The notes below the pieces were generated by a model. It saw nothing but the letters and a program-made list of their open reading frames with translations, was not told the origin of the DNA and did not search any database. Position numbers and translations under genes: made by a program. A stretch of 64,000 nt of DNA from assembly GCA_026770705.1 (NCBI GenBank), contig JANJGN010000026.1, positions 27,342,001-27,406,000 on the forward strand, written 5' to 3'. This document shows positions 36,796-51,250 of this stretch, piece by piece (the stretch's first letter is position 1; the number at the start of each line of letters is the position of its first letter). Source of the DNA: Isurus oxyrinchus. Its lineage: Eukaryota.

Positions 36796-39700
36796 TCGTG
36801 TTTAAGTGCACTTGCGTTTACGGCCACGTGACAATTGGTCTTCTCGAAATACTAAAGAACATCCCACAAATATAACAAAAATGACAGTTTATTGCTCCTG
36901 GTGCAGTAAAGGTTGTAAAACACTTTCCACTGTCACTCGACAGACATTTTAACAGTTCGTTCAGATGGTAAAATAAATTAATCTGTTTATTGCTGCAGGT
37001 TAACATACTTATTCGTCGTCTCGAAGATGAATAACAGTAATGTGTGCTCCTAAAGACAGACGAAAGCGATACTGTAATTGAAACAGAGGAAATAGCAGAC
37101 ACGCTACATCATCACTTTGTATCGGTCTTCAGCAGAGGAAGAGGAAAAACTGCCAGAGTGCGATAAAATGTCCGAGGAAACGGAGGCTCAGTGCAGGTAT
37201 GGTGAAATCCCTTCTTTCTTATTCAGCAGGGAAAGAAGAGACATGAACGGGATTTAGGCGCCAGAATGTAAAAGATGCCATGAGCCAATCTGAACGAAGA
37301 GCAGGGGAGTTCTCCCCGCTTCCTGGTCAATGCTTATCCCTCAATTAACGTCACAAAGACACATTATCCGCTCATTATGACGTTGCTGTTTGTGGGAGTT
37401 TGCTGAGCGGTGACTGGCTGCCATATTTCCGACATTACAACAATGACGACACTTCACAATGTCCTTCATTGACTGGAGAGCGATTTGAGGAGTCCGCCCG
37501 TCGGGAAAGGTGCTATATAAATACAAGCCGTCTTTATTTAATTATCATAAACCCTAGTCCTCTGGCGACTGACCATCGAGAATGGAAACAGTTTCTCCCT
37601 ACATGCTCTATCAAACCGCCCGCCGCCGATCCCTTCCTCAGCCCATTAATTTTAAACAACATCATGAAAACTCAGTTTAACCTGCTTTGCTTTAAAGAAA
37701 ACGATCCCGGCCTCTATACTCTCTCCACAAAACGGAATGTGTTTACCCCTGAACATGTTGCAAGGCGGAGCATTGTGACGAGATTTTGGAAAATGTTGTT
37801 AGTTGGCAGGTGGAAAAATGGAGGAGGAACCAAAACAGGAAACTCAGTCTCCAGTTCTTTGAATATTTACAAACTCTTTGGGAAATGGAATCAGGGGAGA
37901 ATCAAGGGTGAATTGTCCAACTGACCGACCAGGGCTATCCGGAATGTTAAGCCATGCTGTCATGCAGCAGCACTCTGGGTCTCTGTTTCAGTGAAATGGA
38001 ATTCAGCTGGTATTATCAGGAATGCCGCAGAGAGACTCATATAACAATGTAATCATAAAATGGCAAAGCACCATGTATCCATTCAATGGTATAAAGGGCC
38101 CTTCCATAATCCTTTATCTGTCAGCTTTTTAAAAGAGCAAACGAATTAATCTCAGTTTCCTTCCCTCTTTTAGTAAACCTGTTATTATTCTGAATAACAA
38201 TTAATTGCACAATTCCCTTTTGAAAAAGGAGTTTCTGCAGATTCCATGTCTAGTTTACCTTAATTGAAACTGTTCCCCTCACCCAATGCCATGACGATTT
38301 AGACTTCTGTTCCTCACATAGCTATGCATATGAACATTATTTACTTCTCCTGTTGATTTCATATCGAATTGACAAAAGTGCTTATTTTTCTGATCAAACA
38401 CCTCACTGTTTCTGAGTTGATTTTTACAATCTAATTACATTTGCTCCACAAACCGCTAATCAAGGGTGTTATATCAGAGAGGGAAATCATTATTACAGTG
38501 AAACAGAGCCCTGCTACGATCATATGCTGATATAGTTTGTTTCGTTCATTTGGTTTAAAATACATTTGTTCTGGGAATGTAATGTTACAGAATACATATT
38601 TGTTTAGGAAAAAGGGCAGTGTTGATCTACCAGAATGCTTGGAGGATTTCAATGGTTAGACTGAGGGGTCATGACTCTTGTTACAGGAAGTCAACTGTTG
38701 GTGTCTCAGTTGTTTTGAATTTCAAAATGCAGAAGACTCGGTCCAGAAAATGTCTCAGGCAGCAATGTTTTCTGCTCAGTCATTAGAAACAGCCTTCTCC
38801 TCAGAAGACGAAATTCAACAAACTTTACTCTATTTTTTCCATTGCTCAATATTCAATATTAATATGTTTTATTTGATATTGATGCCCTCATTTGACTTGA
38901 GACTCTCTGAAATATACAGCAACATCGAATTACAAACGTGACTGGCAAACAAAACAATTCCAGTAACCAGGTAATGCATTTGATATGGGTCTGATTTTAA
39001 ATTTAGCACAACAGTCAGCATTTCATCAAAATCAAAGAATTTTACAGGGAACAGGTTTGAGAATGATGCGTTAATTATATTTGATCCCTCTTTGTCTCTC
39101 TTTATGAGCAATGAGACATCTTTGACATGGTGAGTAACCAGTTTATTCTGCATCGAAAGGCCCATTAAATTATGTTGTTGATTGAAGGAACTGCTAATAT
39201 GTGAGAGCAGTGAAACTATGAACATCTATTTCCACTCAAGTGTGCCATGAAATTTCAGCACGTCTGATTTTGCTGCATCCATTTTACAATGTCAGTGAGA
39301 GCAGATACAATATGCCTGTAACATATGAGATTGAGGTCACCTTCGCCGGTACAAATCATCTTCACTTCTAAATGAGTAAATTTTAATAATGCTTCTCCTT
39401 GGTTTAGAATAGGGTACTTTTCATGTATTAGGCGAATGTGATAACCACCACACAACAGAAACAAGTGACTAGCTTGGTTACAATGAGTCTATCTGAAATG
39501 TTAAATTGCGTTGTAACACTGCAGCGAGACTGATATAACAACGTAACCATAAAATGGCACAGCACCATACAATGGCATAAGAGGCTCTTCCATCATCCGA
39601 TCTCTGTCCCCTTTTTAAATGAGCAAAGTAATTAATCACAATTTTCTTCTCTCGTTTATTTCTTTATCTCTCCCTTTCATTAAATTGTTCAACTCCCTTA

Positions 39701-41366
39701 TAAATAAGAAGTTTCTGTAGAATCCATGCCTAATTTGCCTTAATTCACAAGGTTTCCCTGACCCAATGACATGAAGGTTTGGACTTGGGTTCCTAATATA
39801 CTTTACCAAATAAACATAGCACAATTATGCAATTGATTTCATATCGAATTTACAAAAGTGTAATTTTTTCTGATCAAACATCAATTTATATCCGAGTTGA
39901 TTTATACAATCTTGTTAATTTTTTCTCCATAGCCCTTCAATCGAGGGTGCGATATTACAGAGGAAAATGTTTGTTAATGAGTTTAACAGGGCCCTGCCAA
40001 GATCACGTGCTTCAATTGTTCATTTACTTCATTTGGTTTGAAATAATTTTGTGCTTGGGACGGTTCTTACACATGTAAATATTTATTTATCAAACAGGGC
40101 AGTGCTGACCCACCAGCATGCTTGGAGTTTGCAATTTTAATTGTCCTTGATCCCTCTTTGGCTGTCTTTATGAGCACATATTACTATGAGGCATCTTTGA
40201 CATGTGAGTAACTGTGTTAATGAGTATCGAAAGACCCATCAACTTCTCTAGTTGACTGAATGAACTGCTGATATGTAAGCACTGCGAAATTATGAACATC
40301 TATTTCTGCACAGTGTGTCATGAAATTTCAGCACTTCTGATTTTGCTGCACTCATTTTAAGACCTCGGTGAAAGCTAAGTTTATTATTAATATTTTGATT
40401 TGATATTGATGCCCTGAAGTATAAAATATCTTATTGCAAACATGACTGATAGATAAAAGAATGCCAGTCATTAGGTAATGCAAATGATACGGTACTCATT
40501 TAAGATTGAGCACAGGGAACAGATTTGAAATTGATGCGTTTAAAGTTTTACTCATTCGGGTATCTTATAAATGCTAAAATCAACATCACAAAACAGATTA
40601 TCTGCTCAAATTTGACTTTGTTATTTGTGGGAGTTTGCTGAGCGGTGATTGGCTGTTGTGTTTCTTACATCACAACATTAACAGCATTTCTAAAAGTCCT
40701 TCATTGGCTGGAAAGCGTTTTGAGGCGCCTGCTGGTCGGGAAAGGCGCTATATAAATGCAAATCTGGTTTTCTTTAATTATTTTAAATCCCAGTCCTCTG
40801 ATTACTGACCCTCGTCAGTGGAAGCAGGTTTTCCCTCTCTGCTCAAACAAACCGCCCACCCCCCACCCATTCCAAATTTTCAACAGCTCCATAAAATCTC
40901 CGTTTAATCTTCTTCGCTCTAAGGAGAAAAGTCCCAATCTCTATAATCTCTCCACAAAACTGAATTTCCTTATCCCTGGGTATTATGCAAGGTGGAGGGC
41001 TGCAACAAGGTTTTGGAAAATGTTATTAGAGGGCAGGTGGGAAAATGGAGAAGGAACCAAAGTAGAAAACCCAGTCTCCTGCCTTGTGAATCTTTAGAAA
41101 CTCTTTGGGAACCGGAATCAGAGGAGAATGAAGGGTGACCAGAGACAGTCAAGACACCTTTCCATTCTTTAAGACACTGAAGCATTGACTCTGATATTAT
41201 CAGTAAAATTAACTGATCTGAGGCATTGAAAGGATTCTCATTACTGCACATCAAGATTTGGAAGAGTAAAACTGATAGAGAACAATTGTCACTTCAGCAG
41301 TGGCAAGCTGAAGTTTTAACTCACTGACATCCTAGTTAAGGGCATTTGCATTGTAACTTTGCATTA

Positions 41367-41440
41367 GTCTGTCCAGCGTGATTGGTCAGCACGTTTGGCT
41401 GCTAACTGAAAGTTTGGTGGTTCTAAATCATACTGGGTGT
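41367..41440 (+). pseudogene. tRNA-Asn pseudogene
   Basis: GTCTGTCCAGCGTGATTGGTCAGCACGTTTGGCTGCTAACTGAAAGTTTGGTGGTTC is colinear with tRNA-Asn. Confidence 0.65.
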
Positions 41441-43149
41441 TTTCTCCCCACCAGTATTCATTGACACACAGTTCTAGATTGTCAATGGGTACTTAGACTG
41501 CAAGAAAATATCTCCCAATGTTTCCAACTCTGCTGTTATCAAGTAAATTCCTGCACATAATTTGCTTCAATGTCCATTTATTCTAATTTATTATAATTAT
41601 TTATTATAATTAGGCCTACCGTGTACCCATATCTAACCCATTCGAAATTTGTGAACTTATTGGATTCAAAGATACCTGGCAATGATTCACTCGTCCACAG
41701 CTCCATTGTGAGTGAGACAGGAAAAGCAGAAAAGCAGCAATATTCCAGCCCCACACTCTCCTATCACACATTGCCAACAGAAAGTGGGAACTGCAGATTC
41801 AGTTAGCGGGTTCCTGCCCAACCCGGGGAAGCAAGATACGACATCCCAGCCAAACTTCCCAATACATCAAGCACAGGCTCAGGAAAATGCAGGGAGATTA
41901 TATCCCAGTCACTCAACCTCCAAGCCACATTTAGAGAATACCCAAATGAGTGAGTCACAAATAAAAGTAACACTAACTTTCCAAATCTTTTCACTAGATC
42001 TGCTAATTTCATCTCATCTTATTTTCTGCTTATGGGAAAATGGCAGAAATGGAGGATGTTGAATAACAGCTCGAAATCACTGTCTTCTCTTCCACTACAA
42101 TATTGGTCCTTCCAACATTTGGGGGAAATGGTGAGTTTGTTACTCAGATTAGCTCAATCTTCAAATTAAAAGATGGATCTAAAAGCACTGGAGAGGGGCA
42201 AAAAAAGATTTCGTGGAATGATGCCTGAAGCAGAAAGTCATATCTATCAGCAAAGTTTGAACAGATTTCAAAAGTTATCTTTAGAAAATAGAGTGAGGGA
42301 TAACTTAATCGAAGCCTTTAAGATCATGAAAGGGTTTGATAGTGTAGATAATTGGAAGATGTTTCCACTTGCAGATAGGCAAGAATAAATATAAGCTAGT
42401 CATCAATAAATCTAATGTGCAATTCTTTAACGGGAGATAAAAGCAAAAAGATGTTGGAAATACTCAGCATATCTGACAACATCTATGGATTGAGAAGCAG
42501 ATTTAATGTTTCAGGCCTGTGCACTGACGAGGTGCAGTTCAGATGTTAAGTTACAGACCTGAAACTTAAACCGTTTCTCTCTCCATAGACACTACCAGAC
42601 CTGCTGAGAAATCCAACAAGTTCTGTTCATAGTTCAGATTTACAGCATCTACTTTTCCCTATCTGGAGATGATTGAGAATGTGGAACCCATTGTCAGAAC
42701 GTTCTGAAATCTTAGTCTGGGCTGGAAACTCATGGGTAAAATCAAACCGTGAGAAGATCATGACCAGATGAATGTGGTACACAATTCACTTGTACATCTC
42801 ATTTTATCATACAGAAGCACAGTCACGCCTGAGGGAGATCATTCAGATACTTCATGTGTGTGAAGGGATTTACTCAGGTTGCCAACCTGATAATAGTCCA
42901 GCTTTAAAACTTTGAGGATTTGATCCACAATTGTCACAATCTTGCTGACAAGACGAAGTTTAGATGTCCCGTGCATGGGAAGAAAAACTCACTTTTTTAC
43001 CCCGCCTGTTGAGACTCACAACTCACTGGAGGAGATTGTTCTGCTGCCAGTTACAACCAGGACAGAACAATGGTGGAACGCCCGTTTACTTAGGCTGCCA
43101 TAAGATACCGTTAATGAATTGTATTCTTAGCCCAATTACACCTTGCAAT

Positions 43150-43500
43150 GGCAGGGCGCCTACCCAGCAGTCTGCGCAAAGAAGAAAGTGCCCTACTCGC
43201 ACGACAGGAGCGATTGGCTCAGGCGCAGAACTCGGATGTAGACAGAGCATGCGCTCTGTGGCTCCCAACGGGAGCATGCGCACTGCGAGTTGCGTCGGGA
43301 GCTGGCCGAAGAAGTTGAAAAATGGTGAGGGTTGGCGAGTAACTGCATCCAGTACATGGGAAGGAATGGAGGAACCGCTCAAGACTTTATAAAGACCCAA
43401 ATACGAAGCTACCGGACCCTGGTTGCACCGAGCGGCGGCAACAGCTGCGGGGCCGAGTTAACGGCCGCCATCTTGTAGATGTGCGCATGCGCAGTCATCC
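43150..43500. promoter_or_regulatory. CpG-island promoter with NRF1 and YY1 motifs
   Basis: GCATGCGC/GCGCATGCGCA several times and GCCGCCATCTTG ~43464; followed by zinc-finger-family 5' sequence (43510-43880). Confidence 0.65.
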
Positions 43501-43957
43501 CTGTCCCTGTCAGCAGGAGGAGAGAATATTGTGCATTTCTATCCTGGTCTGACAGGGATGAATTTTGGAAACTCCTTTCACAGGGAGTTAGAAGGGGAGA
43601 ATTTATACACAGCAAACTCAAATCAGGAGAAATGTTTGTTTCTTCTCAATTTCTATCCTGAACTCATTCTGTTGCCTTTTGGTAAATTTACTTCTCATGG
43701 GGTTTGAATCGAAGGATTGACAAGCGGGAAACTCAAACCAAACATCACATCAAGACCTGACAGAGTCACTCGATTCATTGGAAACTGAATATCATCAGCA
43801 TCTGAATGTGGAAGGAAAAATGTTTGGCTGTTCCCTCTGTGAGAAAAAGTTCCAGGTACCAGTGTGACCTCGAAAAGCAACTAGATTCACAAATCCTGGT
43901 TAGAGCACACCTGGAGGACTGTGTTCAGTTCTGGGCAACAAACCTGAGGGATAATAT

Positions 43958-44442
43958 TGTTGAAAACAAAGAAAACTGCGGATGCTGGAAATCTAAAACA
44001 AAAACAGAATTACCTGGAAAAACTCAGTAGGTCTGGCAGCATCGGCGGAGAAGAAAAGAGTTGACGTTTCGAGTCCTCATGACCCTTCGACAGAACTTGA
44101 TTTCGAGTCCAGGAAAGAGTTGAAATATAAGCTGGTTTAAGGTGTGTGGGGGGGGGGGGGGGGGGGGGGGGGAAGGAGAGAGAGAGAGAGACAGAGGTGC
44201 TTGTGTAGACAAACAAGCAGTGATATCACTGCTTGTTTGTCTACACAAGCACCTCTGTCTCTCTCTCTCTCTCCTTCCCCCCCCCCCCCCCCACACACCT
44301 TAAACCAGCTTATATTTCAACTCTTTCCTGGACTCGAAATCAAGTTCTGTCGAAGGGTCATGAGGACTCGAAACGTCAACTCTTTTCTTCTCCGCCGATG
44401 CTGCCAGACCTACTGAGTTTTTCCAGGTAATTCTGTTTTTGT
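43958..44442. mobile_element. Penelope-like fold-back insertion forming a near-perfect palindrome; 14-bp TSD
   Basis: Arms 43998-44224 and 44225-44442 centred on GATATC; CTGAGGGATAATAT at 43944-43957 and 44443-44456. Confidence 0.85.
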
Positions 44443-45503
44443 CTGAGGGATAATATGATGGGCTTGGAGGGAGCGCAGATTTACCTGAATGATACCTGAA
44501 CCCCCAGGGTTAAATTATAAAGTTATATTACACAAAAGAGTCAGAGTCACGATGGCACAGAGGAGACCATTCAACCCATTGAGTCCATGCCTCAAGAGCA
44601 TTCCAGGCCATCCCATGCCCCTGCTCTATCCCCGTATCCTTGCAAGTTTATTTCTCTCAAGTGTCTATCCAATTTTATTTTGAAATCTTTCATCGTGTAC
44701 ATTTCCACACCCCTCATTGACAGTAAGCTCCAGGTATTTACCACTCACTATGTAAAAATGTTCACCCTCTCTCCCTCATACCCCCCTCTATCTCATACTC
44801 AATGTAAAATTAAATGTCTTCCTAGACGTTGAACTGTCAGCTAATGGGAACGCATGTTCTTTGTCTGCCTTATCTAAACCTGTCAGAATGTTATGCACCT
44901 GAATCAAATCTCTCCCCAAACTCCTTTGCTGAACCCATTCTGGTAAATATTCTCTGCACCTTCTCGAGAACGTTAACATCCTTCCTGAAGTGTGGTGATC
45001 AAAACTGAATACATTACTTGGGTTATGGCCTAACCAGAGTTTCAAAAATATTCAGTGTAACTTCCCTGCTTTTGTACTCAATACCACTATTTATGAAGCT
45101 CAAGATCAAATTTGATTTGCTATTTGATATAATATTCCCTAAAACTCTCTTAATATGTCCTGTAACCACGAAGCCCCAGGTCCTTCTGACCCTGCAATGG
45201 CTTTACAAATGTGCAATGAAGTAGATATAAACTCTTGCCATCCCTTCTGTAAATACACATCAAGCCATTGTGAGGGTTGTAACCCCTGGATTTTAAAAGA
45301 TTAAGAGGTCATTTGATCAAAGATTTTGGGATATTAATTGGAACTGACAGGGTAGATAGAGAGGAACTATTTCCACAGGTGGGGAATCTAGGACGAGTGG
45401 GCTGAGTCTAAACATAGAGACTGATTCAAGCACCTTTTTGGGGTCAGAGTTCCAGATCCTGACAACTCTCTGTTGGTGCAGAAGCTGCTGAACCGGATAT
45501 TGA

Positions 45504-45858
45504 CAACGAAAACAGAATTACCTGGAAAAACTCAGCAGCTCTGGCAGCATCGGCGGAGAAGAAAAGAGTTGACGTTTCGAGTCCTCATGACCCTTCGACA
45601 GAACTTGAGTTTGAGTCCAAGAAAAAGTTTTAAAATCTTTTATTCTCTCCCCACCCCCATTAGAGCTATACCTTCAGTGCCCTACCATCCATTCTTAATT
45701 AGCACATTCGTTTAGATAATATCACAAACTTTAACTTTGACACCTATGTGTTCTATTGTACCATCGTCGTTGACATCTTTTGATGATCTGCTTCTATCAC
45801 TGCTTGTTTGTCCATACAACCACACCCCCAACCCCCCACCCCCCAACCACCCCCCCCA

Positions 45859-45901
<43 letters not shown>

Positions 45902-46100
45902 CGCCCCCCCACACACACACCTTAAACCAGCTTATATTTCAACTTTTTCTTGGACTCGAACTCAAGTCCTGTCGAAGGGTCATGAGGACTCGAAACGTCA
46001 ACTCTTTTCTTCTCCGCCGATGCTGCCAGACCTGCTGAGTTTTTCCAGGTAATTCTGTTTTTGTTTTGGATTTCCAGCATCCGCAGTTTTTTTGTTTTAT
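45504..46100 (+). mobile_element. Penelope-like insertion with inverted 5' copy; 13-bp TSD
   Basis: AACCGGATATTGA at 45491-45503 and 46101-46113; inverted copy of the 3' end at ~45504-45628. Confidence 0.85.
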
Positions 46101-46169
46101 AACCGGATATTGAGTCTGGAAGGTTGGAAAGTGCTGAATGGAAGGATGTGCTGCTGTTCCTCGAGCTCC

Positions 46170-47940
46170 CATTGAGCAGGGACAGGAGAAATTATCAAAG
46201 GGAATGAAGAAATGGCAGAGGCATTGGACAAATATTTTATGTCTGCCTTCACAGTAGAAGACACAAGTTTTATACCAGAAATAGGTGGTAACATAGGGCT
46301 AAAAGTCGTGAGGAAATTAATATCAGCAGAGAAAAAGGATTGGCAAAACGTAAGGGAGTAAAATCCGACAGATCTCCAGGACATGATGGCCTACACCCTT
46401 GGAATTCTAAAAGAGAGAGCTGCAGAGATAATGGATCTGTTGGCTATGATTTTCCAAAATTCATTTTGGGAACAGTCCCATTAGATTGGAAGTTGGTAAA
46501 GATTACATTGTTTTTAAAGGTAAGAGGGAGAGAGAAAACAGTGAACTACAGGCCTGTTGGCCTAACGTCAGTTGTTCATAAAATGCTGGAATCCATTATT
46601 AAGAAAGTCTTCACAATACACTTAGAAAAGCATCACATCATGAGAACAAGTCAACATGGTTTTACTAAAGGGTAATCCTGTTTGACAAATTTGTTTGAGT
46701 TTTTTGAGGATTTAACTAGTAGGACAGATCAAGGGGAACCAGTTGATGTAGTATACCTGGTCTTCCAAAAGGCATTCGATAAGGTGCCACACAAAAGGTT
46801 TAAAGTCAAAATAGGGGTTTATGGGTTTGGGGGTAATATATTAACATGGATAGAGGATTGGTTAATGGACAGAAAACAGAGAGTGGGCATAAAAAGGGCT
46901 TTTTCAAGTTGGCAGGCAATGAATAGTGGAGTGCCGCAAGGGTCAATGCTGTGGCCTCATATATTTACAATCTACATTGATGACTTAGATGAAGAGACAG
47001 TGATTAATATATCAAAGTTTGCTGATGATGCCAATATGGGTGGAAAGGTAAGCTGTTGGGGGGACACAAAGAGGCTGCAAAGAGATATAGACAGGTTAAG
47101 TGATTGGGCAATAAGATGGCAAATGGAACATAATATAGGAAAGGGTGAAGTTCTTCACTTTGGTGGTAAGAATAGAAAAGCAGAATATTTTTGAAAAGGT
47201 ATGAAACTTCCAAGTGTTGATATTCGAAGGGACTTGGGTCTGCTTGTACAAGAGATGCAGAAAGTTAGTATGCAGCTGGAGCAAGCAATCAGGAAGGCAA
47301 ATGGCAATTTGGCCTTTATTGCAATGGGATTGGAGTACAAGAATAAAGAAGTCTAGCTGCAATTGCACGAGGTTTGAGATGTGAGACCACACCTGAAATG
47401 CTATGTGCAGTTTTGTTCTCTACATTTATGAAAGGATATACTTACATTGGAGGTGGTACAGTAAAGGTTCACTAAATTGGTCCCTGGGATGAGGAGGTAG
47501 CCATATGATGAGAGGCTGAGCAAATTGGGCTCATATTCTCTGGAGTTTAGAAGAATGAAAGATGATCTTATTGAAACCTGCAAAATTCTGAAGGGGTTGA
47601 CAGGTAGACATTGAGAGATTGTTTCCCCTGGCTGGGGAATCTCATGGGGCATGGTCTCTGGATAAGGGGCTGATCATTCAGGACTAAGATGAGGAGAAAT
47701 TTCTTCACTCAAAGTGCTACGAGTCTTTGAAATTCTCTACCCCAGAGTGTTGTGGATGCTCCATCACTCAACACATTTTAAGCAGTGATAGACAGATTTT
47801 TGGTCTCTCAGTGAATCAAGAGATAAGGGGAGCAGGCAGCAAAATGGAGTTGAAGCCCGAGATCAGCCATGATTGTATTGAATGGCAGAGCAGGCTCGAT
47901 GGGCCATGTGGTCTACTCCTATTGCCAATTCTTGTGTTCA
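46170..47940 (+). mobile_element. CR1 LINE (decayed)
   Basis: NYRPVGLTSVV, FQKAFDKVPH, GVPQGS, KFADD motifs. Confidence 0.9.
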
Positions 47941-48739
47941 TTGGAAGAGTTCAGGATGCCAAGGTCAGAGTGGGAGTGGGACAGAGAATTAAAATGACAA
48001 GTGACCTGAAGCTCAGGGTCAAACCTCTAGACAGAATGGAGGTTGTTCCACAAAGTGATCACCCAATTTGTGCTTGATCTTCCCAATGTAGAGCAGACCA
48101 CATGGTGAGCAGTGAATACAGTAACTAAATTACAAGTATTGCAAGTAAATCACTATTTGTTTCATCCCTCAAAATCTTCAAGAAAGACTAAAGGTCACAA
48201 AGTAAAGCAAAAGTGATTGCTGGAATATTAAATCTCTCCTAGTTATAGGAATTATTAAATTCAGTGCAATTTAAGTGGAACTGGCATCGTCAGGATGTAC
48301 ATGGTCCAGTCCTGGATGTGATTAACAGCAAAATCGAACTCCTGCCGTCACTCAGGGAGAGATGGTGGTAATGGCACTGAACTAGTCATCCAGAAGTTCA
48401 AGCTAATACTCTAGGAACACTACAACAGTTGAGAAAATGTAATATCAGTTAATTAATGAATCTGGAACTGAAATCTAATCTCAGTAATGGTGATCAAGAA
48501 ACTTCCACCGATTGTCATAAAAACAAATCTAGTTCACTCATGTTTCTTGAGGAAATGAAACCTGTCAGCCGACATGTGATTCCTGACCCAAGGCAATGTG
48601 GTTGACTCTTAACTTCCCTCTGAATTGGCCACACAAGACACTCACTTGTAGCAATTAGGGATGGGCAACAAATGCTGGGCTTGCCAGTGACGTCAACATC
48701 CCAAGAAAGAATACATTTTTTAAATAGTTTTGAATTCGC

Positions 48740-49880
48740 TGGTATCTCAGGTGGGATGAACGATTAAATCCATCCCCACACGCAGAGCAGGTGAATGCCC
48801 TCTCCCTGTTGTGAACTTGCTGGTGGCTCAGAAATATGGATGACCGATTAAATTCCTTTCCGCAAAGTGAACAGCCTCTCCTCAGTGTGAACTTGCTGTT
48901 TAGAGAGTTGGGATGGATTGCGATTCACTTTCCACACACAGAATAGGTAAATAGCATCTCCTCAGTGTGAACTTGCTGTTGTTTAGAGAGTTTGGATGGA
49001 TTAGCAATTAACTTTCTAGACACTGAGCAGATAAATAGCATATCCTTGATGTGAACTTGCTGTTGTTTAGAAAATTGGGATGGAGTAGCGATTCGCTTTC
49101 CACACGAGCAGGTCTCTTATCAGTGTGAACACATCAATGTAATAGAAAGTATAATAAATCATTGAATCCCTTCCCGCATTCAGTGCTGCTGAACAGCCTC
49201 CCTGAATCAAGAACCAGATGTTGTGAATAGAGTCTAGATGATAGAGCGAATCCCTTCGCACACTCAGAGCAGGTGAGCAGCCTCGCCACTGTGTGACTGT
49301 GTGGAAGAGTTTCCAGCTCAGACGGGTAATTTTATTCCTTTGCACAATCCACACATTTAATGGAACCAAGACCTGTACCACCTAGAAGGGCAAGGACAGC
49401 AGATGCACCTGCAAATTTTATGTCATCCTTAATTGCATCTCTTTTGCCAATGCTTCACTGTCACTGGGTAAAACACCTGGAACTCTCTCCCTAACAGCAC
49501 TGTGGATGTACCTACACCACATGGACTGTAGCAGTTCAAGGAGGCAGCTCACCACCACCTTCTCAAGGGCAACTAGGGATGGTCAGTAAAACTGCTGGCC
49601 TCGCCAGCGATGCCCACATCCCACTAAAGAAAAAAAAAATTTCTCCCTGATATGACTGCATTTGTGTTTCAACAGGTCTGATGATAATCTGAAGCCTCGT
49701 CCACACAAACACCATGTGTACTGTTTCTCTCCGCTGCTAATGTGTCTTTCTCATTCCACGTTCAAAACCTGATGATATTCAGCTCTTGGAGAATCAGGTG
49801 ACTCTGTCAGACCTTGACTTGATTTTTGTTTCAGCTTCCCATTTGCAAATCGTCCCCTTCTTCTAAGCTGTAAAATGAAT
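48740..49880 (-). pseudogene. C2H2 zinc-finger pseudogene, interrupted by a SINE/L2 tail
   Basis: Repeated GTGTGAACTTGCTG (reverse of QQVHT linkers) and family 5' sequence; many lesions. Confidence 0.75.
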
Positions 49881-50249
49881 TTAGAACGGGAATAAAGGAG
49901 TGTGAGAGAACCCACAAAAACACAGGCAGATTATGAAATTGAGCGGAATGAATCTTGTAGATTGTGGGGCCGGAGCAAAGGGTGGGCAGGGCTTCCAAAT
50001 CCCCATAACCAAGAGAGAAAATGATTGATTAATTTTATTCTCACTCTGGAGGACTGAATGCAGCCAGAGTAGAGGGAGGGAGAAAACTGGGGGTGCAGGA
50101 AAGAAATGGTGGAGATGGCGAGATGGGTTTGGATTTCAGCCCAGGGAGGAGGGAGTGTGTGGGACGGAGGTTTACAGCTTTGAGAGAACAAGAGAGGGAA
50201 AAAATGTTCCATAGAAACTACAATTGTCTGTTCTGAATTTCTACCTGTA

Positions 50250-51250
50250 CTTAGTGATCACTTTTCTAAACTCCTTTTACGGAGTGTTAGAAGGGGAAGA
50301 TTTGCAGGTGGGAAACCCAAACCAAGCATTGCATCAAGATCTGATAGTGTCACCTGATTCATCAGAACCTGAATATCACCAGACTTTGAATGTGGAAGAA
50401 GAGATGTTTCTCTGTTCTGACTGTGGTAAAGATTACAAAAGTAGTGTGACTGGAAAAGCACAGACACACACACACTCATAAGTGATTGAGAGTGTTCCAA
50501 TGAACTGGCTGTGGAAAGAGCTTTAACTAGTTAGACAGCCTGAAAAAAAATCACACCATTTACGGTGGAAAAATGATACACATGATCTGTTTGTGAACGA
50601 GGCTTCAATTTATCATACAACTTGGAGAGACACATGGGCACCCACACCATGGATAAACCTGGAAATGTGGGGACTGTGGTAAAGAATTCGGATCCCCACC
50701 TGAGTTGGAAATTCATCGATGCAGTCACGCTGGGGAGAAACCGTTCACCTGCTCCAAGTGTGGGTAGGGATTCACTTGGTCATCCAGCCAGCTGATACAT
50801 CAGCGAGTTCACACTGGGGAGAGGGCATACACCTGCTCTGAGTGGGGAAAAGGATTCACTTGTTTAACTAACCCCATTTCTCACCAACTTGTTCGTATTG
50901 ATGAGATTTTTTAAATGTTCTGACTGTGATAAGAGCTTCAAAAGCACAACGGATCTACAGAAACACGAACACATTCACTCTAGTCAGAGCCCATTCTCCT
51001 GTTCTGTTTGTGGAAAGGGATTCACTCGCTCATTCAGCCGACTGAGACACCAGCAAATTCACATTGTGGAGAATCCAGTCTCCTGCTCCATCTGTGTAAA
51101 GGGATTCACTCAGTCATCTGCCCTGCTGAGACACCAGCGAGTTCACACTGGAGACAGGCCTTACATCTGCTCTGTGTGTGGTAAAGGATTCCCTCAGTCA
51201 TCCCAACTACTGAGACACGAATTCACACTGGGGAGAGACTGTTCACCTGT
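50250..51250 (+). pseudogene. C2H2 zinc-finger pseudogene
   Basis: CSDC..HEHIH and CSVCGKGF fingers; in-frame TAG ~50765 and frameshifts upstream of ORF 50889-51281. Confidence 0.85.
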
